Assembly (NCBI GenBank): GCA_964519145.1
Contig: CAZFHL010000008.1
Location: forward strand, 1 to 21,829
DNA length: 21,829 bases
Direction: 5' to 3'
DNA from: an uncultured Candidatus Saccharibacteria bacterium
Lineage (GTDB): Bacteria; Patescibacteriota; Minisyncoccia; Phycocordibacterales; WO2-35-19
Shown here: positions 1 through 7,157 of the stretch, in pieces
How the letters are laid out: each line of letters starts with the position of its first letter
Position numbering within the stretch: position 1 is the stretch's first letter
The notes under the pieces: model-generated
What the model was told of the DNA's origin: nothing
The model's database searches: none
Seen by the model: the letters and a program-made list of their open reading frames with translations, nothing else
Program-made: the position numbers and the translations under genes

Positions 1-155
1 ATCACACCTTTTTGAACCACGGATATTTTTTTGCTAAAAAATTCCTGCGAAGCTGTTTCAGTCAAACTCGCTAGGCTTCAAAAAGGTATGATTTCGACGA
101 GTTTTGAAATTTAAGATTATAAAAAGCCACACTTGCGACGACTTTTGAAAGAGGT
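1..155. repeat. Mosaic intergenic repeat, copy A, truncated by the window edge. Contains module M2 with a variable GC core at 47-67 and terminal module M4 ending cgacgacttttgaaa.
   Basis: Near-identical to 11397-11511 (copy B) except for the 21-nt core. Its 3' end cacttgcgacgacttttg is repeated at 2200-2218. The outer inverted repeat acctttttgaa / ttcaaaaaggt encloses the core. Confidence 0.7.
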
Positions 156-161
156 TCACTG

Positions 162-611
162 CTAACATTTATTTGGTAAATGCATTTTGGAAACAATATC
201 AAATGATACAGCAATGATTAATAGATTTTTTATTATATACTGCCCTTCTAATGTTGGTACAAAAATCCCCCGCCACGCCATATTTGGTATGAGTACGAGT
301 GGCATAAACGTAGTTATCATATGGAACATAAGCATAGCAATAGAAATTCTTGTTAATTTTGGTATCAAAAAAGATAAACCAATAATCATTTCAAAAATTC
401 CAAAAAATATAATAAATTGATCAAAAGATATAAAATATAAAGTTTTTTCCAAAAGTTCTTCAACAAGTTTGTTTGCTGGGCTTAATCCAAAAACTTTTAA
501 TATACCAAACCAAAAAAATACAATAAATAAAGATATTCTAGCAAATGGTAAACAACAGATTTTTGCTATTTTAATAAAAAGATTATCAAAGAAAAATAAT
601 ACAGATTTCAT
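162..611 (-). CDS. Small polytopic membrane protein, DoxX-family-like
   Basis: 149-aa ORF with an ATG start at 609-611 and four hydrophobic segments. Segments such as LPFARISLFIVFFWFGILKVFG and FGIFEMIIGLSFLIPKLTRISIAMLMF resemble the DoxX-family pattern. Confidence 0.5.
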   Translation of the reverse strand: MKSVLFFFDNLFIKIAKICCLPFARISLFIVFFWFGILKVFGLSPANKLVEELLEKTLYFISFDQFIIFFGIFEMIIGLSFLIPKLTRISIAMLMFHMITTFMPLVLIPNMAWRGIFVPTLEGQYIIKNLLIIAVSFDIVSKMHLPNKC

Positions 612-676
612 ATATTTAAATTATTATAAATAAAGGTGGCATTCAATATGGTTTTATTGTATCATTGTTTTGTAAA

Positions 677-750
677 CGGAGTGTAGTATAGTGGTAGTAT
701 AAATGCTTTGGGAGCATTAGGTCCGAGTTCGATTCTCGGCACTCCGACCA
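677..750 (+). tRNA. tRNA-Pro, anticodon UGG, with the CCA tail encoded
   Basis: The acceptor stem cggagtg pairs with cactccg. The anticodon stem is aatgc/gcatt with loop tttggga. The T-arm is ccgag-ttcgatt-ctcgg, followed by discriminator a and cca. The D-arm is slightly non-canonical. Confidence 0.8.
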
Positions 751-838
751 ATATTTAATCTAAATTTAAACTAATTTTTATAAAAATTTAGTAGTTTTTA
801 TTTATCAAAATTATTTATAGAGAATGATATTTTTGTTG

Positions 839-1156
839 TTAAAGATTTTTCGATAAATTTCTGATTTCTTCTGATAAAGCTTCTAATCCTTTTTGATTTG
901 CTTGGCATAAAGCATCTCTTAGTGTTTCATCTGCTAGATTGCTTCTATCTGTTATTATATAAATTTTAGCCAATTCTATTTGAAATTTCACCCTGTCTTC
1001 AATTGTTCCTCCAGGTTTATCATTTTCTTCAAATCTTTGATTATGCCAATCATCTATTTGTGCTAGTAATTCTGCAGAAAGACCTTCATTTTTAAAAAGT
1101 TCTGAAATTCTATTTCTAAAACTTTCAAAATTTTCTATATCATTTTGATTTTCCAT
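839..1156 (-). CDS. Hypothetical protein, 105 aa, acidic and predicted helical
   Basis: Clean ORF with an ATG start at 1154-1156 and an AT-rich upstream region. No recognisable motif. Confidence 0.55.
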   Translation of the reverse strand: MENQNDIENFESFRNRISELFKNEGLSAELLAQIDDWHNQRFEENDKPGGTIEDRVKFQIELAKIYIITDRSNLADETLRDALCQANQKGLEALSEEIRNLSKNL

Positions 1157-1235
1157 ATCTATAGTTTAGTTTAAATTTAAAGAAAAATAAAGCTTGAGGA
1201 TAAAACTAAAATGTTTATTACAATTTTATATAAAT

Positions 1236-1264
1236 ACAAAAATGGGGCACCTGTGTGCCCCATT
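1236..1264 (-). terminator. Intrinsic terminator in minus orientation: hairpin tggggcac-ctgt-gtgcccca followed by TTTTTG
   Basis: Perfect 8-10 bp GC stem at 1241-1264. The T-tract is on the minus strand only (plus-strand caaaaa at 1236-1242). It therefore ends a minus-strand transcript coming from the GC island on its right. Confidence 0.55.
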
Positions 1265-1760
1265 GACCGAACCGAACCTTACTCCTTGTCGCCTCGCGCG
1301 CGGTTTGCCGCCGCGCTGTGAATTCGAACGATTTCGCTCAAGGGCACATTGCCCAAGAGCAAGAACCGTCCCTCCTGCCCGAGTCGGCGCGCGGTGCGCG
1401 CCGACTCCACGACAATAGGCTGTCCTGGGCGCGCAGCACCCTGCGTGATAAAACTCTTCATTTCAATCTCCTCTCTCTGGACTACCCTCCAGAGTGGGTT
1501 GTTTCTAGGAATCGATGCGATTCCTCTTTTCAGCACAATTTTATGAATTGATGGTGCTGAAGAAGAGGAATAACATTAAATATCTAAAATTCTCTTTCTT
1601 TAAGAGAAGCGGGAGAGCAAGCTTTAAAATTATATATATTACTTTAGGTTGTTCCCGCGCTTCTTTCAAAGAATTTTATTTTAGAAAGACCCCTATTTAT
1701 TTGTTAAAAAACTTTTGACCCCCTACCCTGCCACCTACAATCTTCTCTGTACTACTCTTT
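1241..1760 (-). ncRNA. Unclassified GC-rich structured element. Candidate ncRNA whose core is 1241-1525.
   Basis: Sharp switch from AT-rich to GC-rich sequence. Perfect hairpins: gagtcggcgcgc-ggt-gcgcgccgactc (1381-1407), ctctgga-ctaccc-tccagag (1474-1493), ggaatcg-atg-cgattcc (1508-1524), cagcac..gtgctg (1532-1560), and a long-range pairing gaagcggga (1607-1615) / tcccgcgcttc (1653-1663). ORFs in all frames are Arg/Pro/Ala-rich, consistent with noncoding sequence. It did not match remembered RNase P, tmRNA or SRP core motifs. Confidence 0.3.
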
Positions 1761-1969
1761 AACCTTACACATACAGTATAGCATTTATATGAAATTTTGT
1801 CAAGTATAATATGACAAAAACAGTTATTTATATTATAGTATCCTAAGATATGGCTCTAAATATAGATTTATATCAGACAGTAAAATGTCTTATATAATGA
1901 CATTTATTGAATATGATAATATGTTTTGTGTTATACTAAATAATATTTAATATTAAATTATTAAAATAA

Positions 1970-2041
1970 GCACCTGTGGTGAAATGGATATCATACCGGT
2001 CTTCGGAACCGTTGTTCTAGGTTCAAGTCCTAGCAGGTGCA
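1970..2041 (+). tRNA. tRNA-Arg, anticodon UCG, with no encoded CCA
   Basis: Acceptor gcacctg/caggtgc. D-arm gtga-aatggata-tcat. Anticodon arm ccggt-cttcgga-accgt. T-arm ctagg-ttcaagt-cctag, then discriminator a followed by caa. Confidence 0.75.
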
Positions 2042-2091
2042 CAAAACTTTTGATTTTTTATAAATAATCTTTTAAAAATATTGAACAGATT

Positions 2092-2223
2092 TATTCCAAA
2101 AGTCTTTCTTAGTATAGTTTTTGCTAGACACGCATAAAAATCTGCTGATTTTTTGCTATGCTCGTCTCGGTCAGACTTGCGCAAGTCTATCAAAAACTAC
2201 ACTTGCGACGACTTTTGGAATAT
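2092..2223. repeat. Mosaic intergenic repeat, copy D. The complete unit is terminal inverted repeat attccaaaagtctttctt ... cgacgacttttggaat flanking module M3.
   Basis: Positions 2111-2199 are almost identical to 19263-19356 (copy C). The internal palindrome is gacttgcgcaagtc. The termini TTCCAAAAGTC / GACTTTTGGAA are inverted. It lies 55 bp upstream of cca. Confidence 0.75.
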
Positions 2224-2278
2224 GTTTAATAATACTAAAAACTATCTGAAATTTTGTTTTTTTGTTAAAATGCTATAA

Positions 2279-3763
2279 ATGAATAATTTTAAAATAGAAA
2301 AATTTAATATACCAGAAGAGGTTTCATATGTAACAAATAAGCTTAAAGACGCAGGTTTTGAGGCTTATTTGGTTGGTGGTTGTGTTAGGGACTTATTTAT
2401 GAATAAAAAACCTAAAGATTGGGATATAACAACAAATGCTTTGCCAGAAGAAATAATAAGCTTGTTTGAAAAAACTGTATACGAAAACTCCTTTGGTACG
2501 GTAGCTATAGTAAATGAAAATGTTTCTGATGAAACATTGAAGGTTATAGAAATAACTCCATATAGGTCTGAAAGCCTCTATTCTGACAATAGAAGGCCTG
2601 ATAATGTTGTTTTCGGGCAAAGTATAGAGGAAGATTTAAAAAGGCGTGATTTCACAATAAATGCCATTGCTTATGACCCCATAAATTTAAATATTATAGA
2701 TCCATATTTTGGTATGGCTGATATATTAAAATCAGTTATAAGAACTGTTGGTGACCCTTATGAAAGACTAAAAGAAGATGGTTTGAGGGTTTTTAGAGCT
2801 GTTAGGTTTCATGTGGAACTTGGCTTCCCTATCGATACGGAAACAGAAAAAGCTATTATTGAGAATAAAGATATATTAAAAAATATTTCTAAAGAAAGAA
2901 TAAGAGATGAGTTTATTAATATAATAATGTCAAAAAGACCAATAGATGGAATGGTTTTGTTAAAAAAGCTGGGTCTGGTTTCTTTTATCGCCAAAGAACT
3001 TGAGGAATCTTTTGATATTGAACAAAATAAGGCTCATTCTTATGATGTTTGGACTCATTTAATAAAGACATTACAACACTCTGCCGATAAAGAGTACCCA
3101 ATTCATTTAAGACTGGCTTCCCTATTTCATGACATATCTAAACCTAAAACAAGAAAATGGGATAATGATTCAAAACAATGGACTTTTTACGGTCATGAGG
3201 TGGTTGGTTCACGTGTAACCAAAAAAATACTAGAAAACCTAAAGTTTTCACGTGAAACAATAGACCGTGTTGTAAATTTGGTTAGGTGGCATATGTTTTT
3301 TTCTGATACTGAACAAATAACCATATCTGCTGTAAGGAGAATGATAGTTAATGTTGGAAAAGAAAATATTTGGGATTTAATGAATCTTCGTATTTGCGAT
3401 AGGGTAGGTACTGGAAGGCCAAAAGAAGATCCTTATAGATTAAGGAAGTATTATTCTATGATTGAAGAGGCTATGAGAGACCCTATATCTGTTTCTATGC
3501 TTAAAATAAATGGTAATAGGCTTATGGATATGCTTGAAATAAAAGGTGGTCCGAAAATAGGTTATATATTAAATTCATTGTTAAATGAGGTATTGGATGA
3601 TCCAGAAAAAAATAATGAAGATTATTTGGAAAATAGGTCTAAAGAATTATTTATGATGGATGATAAAGATTTAAGGAAACTTTCAGAAAAGGGTAAAGAG
3701 AATAGGGAAGAGAAAGACAATAAAATTGTTGAGGAAATAAGAAAAAGACATTTTGTTAAATAA
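2279..3763 (+). CDS. cca: CCA-adding tRNA nucleotidyltransferase with HD domain and a Lys/Glu-rich C-terminal tail
   Basis: The N-terminal GGCVRDLFMNKKPKDWDITT polymerase-beta nucleotidyltransferase motif, RRDFTINA, and the HD region LFHDISKP...GHE. ATG start at 2279. Confidence 0.85.
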   Translation: MNNFKIEKFNIPEEVSYVTNKLKDAGFEAYLVGGCVRDLFMNKKPKDWDITTNALPEEIISLFEKTVYENSFGTVAIVNENVSDETLKVIEITPYRSESLYSDNRRPDNVVFGQSIEEDLKRRDFTINAIAYDPINLNIIDPYFGMADILKSVIRTVGDPYERLKEDGLRVFRAVRFHVELGFPIDTETEKAIIENKDILKNISKERIRDEFINIIMSKRPIDGMVLLKKLGLVSFIAKELEESFDIEQNKAHSYDVWTHLIKTLQHSADKEYPIHLRLASLFHDISKPKTRKWDNDSKQWTFYGHEVVGSRVTKKILENLKFSRETIDRVVNLVRWHMFFSDTEQITISAVRRMIVNVGKENIWDLMNLRICDRVGTGRPKEDPYRLRKYYSMIEEAMRDPISVSMLKINGNRLMDMLEIKGGPKIGYILNSLLNEVLDDPEKNNEDYLENRSKELFMMDDKDLRKLSEKGKENREEKDNKIVEEIRKRHFVK

Positions 3764-4194
3764 TTATTTTTCAACATAACAATAAGCCATGTGTTTAAAG
3801 ATATCTTTAAATCTAAATATGCTTTTAAATATGAACTATTTATATAAGACTTATATAAATAAGACATTAAAATTAAAAATAAGACAGTTATCCACAACTA
3901 GTCCTTTACACTTTGTTTTAAAAGACATATAATGATATCAGACAGTTAGTATTGTAAAGTAAATTCTAACTATTGGTTCTTTAAAAAGTTCCTTTTGTTT
4001 TTAAAAAGAAAACTTGGTTAAGCAAAAGAATCAAGATATATACATCTCCTCAAAATAATATTTAAAAAATGTGAGATTATATCATTTCTTTTGAACGCGC
4101 TTCTTGACTGGGATTATCTTTTAAATAGATTCCCGGCTCCACCTGTGAATATAATAAAAATTGTATTTAGAAGTGGGGCTGGGTAGAGTGTGTC

Positions 4195-4250
4195 AAGCCA
4201 CTTGTGTTTTAGCGAATCCTCCACCGCTAAAAATGGGTGGCTTTTTGTTT
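4195..4250 (+). terminator. Intrinsic terminator-like hairpin plus T-tract. It may end a small RNA in the 3764-4341 spacer.
   Basis: agccacttgtgttttagcg ... cgctaaaaatgggtggct forms a long imperfect stem. ccacc/ggtgg is the inner stem. It is followed by ctttttgtttatc. Confidence 0.35.
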
Positions 4251-4298
4251 ATCTTATTTTTAGATATAAACAATTTATTTTTGTTTTATTTTTAAAAA

Positions 4299-4306
4299 AT
4301 TGTATA
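4299..4306 (+). promoter_or_regulatory. Extended -10 box (TGTATAAT) 36 bp upstream of the DUF378 gene
   Basis: The sequence attgtataattga matches TGnTATAAT. Confidence 0.3.
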
Positions 4307-4341
4307 ATTGAGAGTATTAGAAGTTAATATAAAATAAATAT

Positions 4342-4557
4342 ATGAAAAAGCTTCATGGTTTAACTTTCATTCTTCTTGTAATTGGAGGATTGAATTGGGG
4401 ACTAGAATTTTTAGGGTGGGGTATTGGAAACTATATTCCATCTGGTATAGCTAGCTTGATTTATCTTTTGGTAGGTATTTCAGCTATTATTGAAATCTTT
4501 TCTCATAAATCAAACTGTAGATGCTGTGATAGCTCTAGTATGCCTAAACCAATGTAA
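4342..4557 (+). CDS. DUF378-family small membrane protein with a Cys-rich C-terminal tail
   Basis: 71 aa with two TM helices. The GGLNWGL motif is characteristic of DUF378. The tail is CRCCDSS. Confidence 0.7.
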   Translation: MKKLHGLTFILLVIGGLNWGLEFLGWGIGNYIPSGIASLIYLLVGISAIIEIFSHKSNCRCCDSSSMPKPM

Positions 4558-4578
4558 TATAGTTGGTTTTTTTGATTT

Positions 4579-4606
4579 CAAAAAATTACCGAGAGGTAAT
4601 TTTTTG
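4579..4606 (+). terminator. Intrinsic terminator: aattacc-gagag-ggtaatt followed by TTTTTG
   Basis: 7-bp stem plus T-tract, 22 bp after the DUF378 stop. Confidence 0.6.
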
Positions 4607-4638
4607 TTATAAATTGAGTCTTTTAGAGCCATTTGAGT

Positions 4639-4733
4639 GGTACTAGTATTTATGTGCCTAGCGAGCGCGACTGGCGCTGGCTTCGCAGGAATTTTTCACC
4701 AGAAAAATATCTGTGCACAGAAATACTAGTATC
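4639..4733. repeat. Mosaic repeat, copy E. Module M2 in inverted orientation, enclosed by its own 17-bp inverted repeat tactagtatttatgtgc / gcacagaaatactagta.
   Basis: Reverse complement contains gatatttttctggtgaaaaattcct + 22-nt GC core + tcgctagg. Compare copies A and B. It sits between the convergent DUF378 gene and xth, so it may also act as a bidirectional terminator. Confidence 0.65.
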
Positions 4734-4757
4734 GGAAAAATGGTTTTAAAAAATCTA

Positions 4758-5555
4758 TTATAAATCAATTTCTAAAATAATAGGGCAGTGGTCTGAACCC
4801 ATTACATCTGATAAAATTTTGCTTGATTTTATTTTCTTTTTTAATTTTTCACTAATTATAAAATAGTCTATTCTCCAACCTATATTTCTAGCACGAGAAT
4901 TTGCAAAGTTCGTCCACCAAGAGTAGTACCCTTTTCCCTCTGTAAACATTCTAAAACTATCTAAAAACCCAGCATTTAGTATTTTTTGGAAACCATCTCT
5001 TTCTTCTTTGGTAAATCCATGTTCACCTTCGTTTTGCTTTGGATTGGCAAGATCGTTTTCTGTGTGAGCTACATTTAGGTCTCCACAAAAAATCACAGGC
5101 TTTTCTTTTTCTAACTCTTTTATATATTCTAAAAATGCCGGATCCCAACCACTATGACGAAGGGGGAGTCTAGATAAATCTCCTTTTGAGTTTGGGGTAT
5201 ACACTGTCACTACAAAAAATTTTTCAAACTCTGCTGTTAAAACTCTGCCTTCTTTGTTTGGATTGCCATATTTATCTTTTTCTAAATTATATTTTTGAGC
5301 GATTTTTTCAGGTAAATCAAAAATAACTTTGAGAGGTTTAACTTTGCTCATTATGGCTGTCCCAGAATATCCAGCTTTTTCTGCACAGTTATAATATTCT
5401 TCATAATCTGGCAAGTCTATTTCTATCTGGTGTTTTTGAGCTTTGATTTCTTGAAGACAAACAATATCTGGTTTGTATTTTTCCAAAAATGGTAAAAATA
5501 AACCTTTGTTATTGATGGCTCTTATCCCGTTTACATTAAAAGATACAATTTGCAT
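4758..5555 (-). CDS. xth: Exodeoxyribonuclease III / AP endonuclease (EEP family)
   Basis: MQIVSFNVNGIRA...CLQEIK at the N-terminus, the WRIDY motif and SDHCPI at the C-terminus. 265 aa. Confidence 0.9.
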   Translation of the reverse strand: MQIVSFNVNGIRAINNKGLFLPFLEKYKPDIVCLQEIKAQKHQIEIDLPDYEEYYNCAEKAGYSGTAIMSKVKPLKVIFDLPEKIAQKYNLEKDKYGNPNKEGRVLTAEFEKFFVVTVYTPNSKGDLSRLPLRHSGWDPAFLEYIKELEKEKPVIFCGDLNVAHTENDLANPKQNEGEHGFTKEERDGFQKILNAGFLDSFRMFTEGKGYYSWWTNFANSRARNIGWRIDYFIISEKLKKKIKSSKILSDVMGSDHCPIILEIDL

Positions 5556-5620
5556 AAAGTTTTATTTTGATATATAATTTAACTATCAATACGAAAAAGG
5601 ATCCGAAAGGTGTTTGTGCC

Positions 5621-6135
5621 TTAGGAGCCTTTTTCATTTTCTGATAATTTTACATAATTTTTGATATTTATTAAATAATCATAAAATTCTGAACCCAGTC
5701 TTTTATATAAAGAAGATGCAAATTTTTTATTTGGGAACATTATTTTTTTAAGTTTGTTTTTTGATATTAAATAATCAATTAATTTTTTATAATCACCGTC
5801 TCCTGAAACCAAAATAATTTTATTCAATTTTTCATCTTCTAGTAAGCTTTTCATGATTTCAAAAATAATATCGGTATCAACATTTCCTCTCTTTTTTTTA
5901 ATGTATATTTATTGTGTTCTTTAAATAAAACAATAAAACCAGCTTTTTGTATGTTTTTGTATAGTTCTTCATTTTCTTCTTGTAAGTATCCTAGGAAATA
6001 ATAAGCTTCAGAAACACAATATTTATCCTTTAAATAGATTCTAAATTTTTTTAAATCGATAAACCAATTATCCTGCTTTATCCCAAGGTATAAGTTTTGA
6101 CCATCAATAAAAGCAAAATTGTTTTCTTTTTGCAT
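5621..6135 (-). pseudogene. NYN/LabA-like (PIN-like) nuclease gene split by a frameshift in a homopolymer
   Basis: ORF 5851-6135 carries the N-terminal FIDGQNLY motif. ORF 5621-5854 carries ILVSGDGDY. The -1 frame across the junction reads KKKRGNVDTDIIFEIMKSLL, which is the missing NYN core. Adding one A to the A8 run (T8 at 5892-5899 on the plus strand) restores a single ORF of about 171 aa. Confidence 0.7.
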
Positions 6136-6280
6136 AAAAAGATTTTAGCATTTATAGAGAAAAGGAGCTATTTTCTATAAAAGTGTATATTATTTTTTTA
6201 TTTGCAATAGTTGGCGGTTAATTATATAGAAATATGAAAAACTTGATTTTATATAAATAATATGGTAATGTATTTTTGGA

Positions 6281-6985
6281 ATGAAAAAACTAACCCTCTT
6301 ACTCTGTTCTTGTGTTTTTACTTCTTTTGGAGAAGAAAACATCAAAAGGTCCGCTAATTTGGCTAATTTTAATTTTGATCAGCTTCATGCAGATCAGCTT
6401 TACCAGGATACAGAAAAGATGCCCCAGGCACCTATTGTTATTTCTTCTGAATCTGCGGAGGATTATTTTATTGTCAGATATAGATCTGTTGGTGAGCTTG
6501 AAAATGGCACAAAACTCATTCCACGAATGATTGTTGGTGATCAAATCACTGATTTAGGATCTGTGCTAGTCACTTCATCAAGTGGTTTTGGAAATGTGTT
6601 TGATGAACTTTGGAATGGACACATACCACTCGCTTTTTTGAAGAGTAAAATCACTTTTGGTATAGTCATGGTTCATTTAAGTGGGGAATCGAGTTATACT
6701 TCTGTTGTAATAAGTAGAAATAGTGGTATTGGTTTCAAAAGGCAACTTGCAGGCTTTAAGATCTCTGAAGGGGGAATATTCTTTAGATTGTTTGAAAATC
6801 AAAAAGAGCCCACAACTGTTTTTGTTTATTCAGATGGAAAGTCAGGTAAAGCTGTTGGTGTTCCTTTGCCTCAAAATTTTGTAGATTATTTCTTTCAAAT
6901 GGATACTTCTGTCCCAAGAAGTATCACTATTTGTGCAGAGAGGGTTTGCAATACATATAAAATCTCTCCTGATTTTTTGGATTAG
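6281..6985 (+). CDS. Secreted hypothetical protein with N-terminal signal peptide, beta-rich
   Basis: Starts MKKLTLLLCSCVFTSFG. 234 aa with no recognisable motif. Lies upstream of the flotillin-like gene. Confidence 0.65.
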   Translation: MKKLTLLLCSCVFTSFGEENIKRSANLANFNFDQLHADQLYQDTEKMPQAPIVISSESAEDYFIVRYRSVGELENGTKLIPRMIVGDQITDLGSVLVTSSSGFGNVFDELWNGHIPLAFLKSKITFGIVMVHLSGESSYTSVVISRNSGIGFKRQLAGFKISEGGIFFRLFENQKEPTTVFVYSDGKSGKAVGVPLPQNFVDYFFQMDTSVPRSITICAERVCNTYKISPDFLD

Positions 6986-7000
6986 TTTCGTTTTTTATCA

Positions 7001-7032
7001 AAAATCGCTCCTCATTGGAGCGATTTTGTTTA
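7001..7032 (+). terminator. Intrinsic terminator: aaatcgctcc-tcatt-ggagcgattt followed by TGTTTAT
   Basis: Perfect 10-bp stem after the 6281-6985 gene. Confidence 0.6.
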
Positions 7033-7157
7033 TAAATTAGACAATATATTTATTTGTTTACAATATTGACAACTTTTATATAAAGAAGTAGTTTGTTTTT
7101 GGATAGTAAAAATAGACCGGCCTACTGCGGATATAGTACAGAGGAGAAAGGTGATGT

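Noticed and set aside
187-420. ORF 187-420 (+), 77 aa
   Set aside because: Antisense to the better-supported membrane-protein gene 162-611. Ile/Asn-rich low-complexity sequence.
1194-1551. Four overlapping ORFs of 65-85 aa in three frames inside the GC-rich island (1194-1418 +, 1279-1536 -, 1318-1551 +, 1349-1546 +)
   Set aside because: Translations are Arg/Pro/Ala-rich low-complexity sequence, typical of GC-rich noncoding DNA in which stop codons are rare. Mutually overlapping frames cannot all be genes. Only the minus-strand frame, with its SD-like motif and terminator, is kept as a low-confidence alternative in the findings.
1515-1718. ORF 1515-1718 (+), 67 aa
   Set aside because: Lys/Phe-rich low-complexity sequence lying across the predicted helices of the structured region. 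No start context.
2393-3897. Antisense ORFs inside or overlapping cca (2393-2620, 2809-2994, 3622-3897)
   Set aside because: Hydrophobic low-complexity translations with no start context. They are fully contained in a gene that has strong family motifs on the other strand.
5592-5634. Imperfect hairpin around the BamHI-like ggatcc site between xth and the NYN fragment
   Set aside because: The stems are short and mismatched. It could be a weak bidirectional terminator but is not convincing enough to list as a feature.
6299-6544. ORFs 6299-6544 (-) and 6312-6530 (+)
   Set aside because: Both overlap the 5' part of the secreted-protein gene 6281-6985. That gene has a proper signal peptide and ATG start. 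The alternatives are low-complexity sequence.
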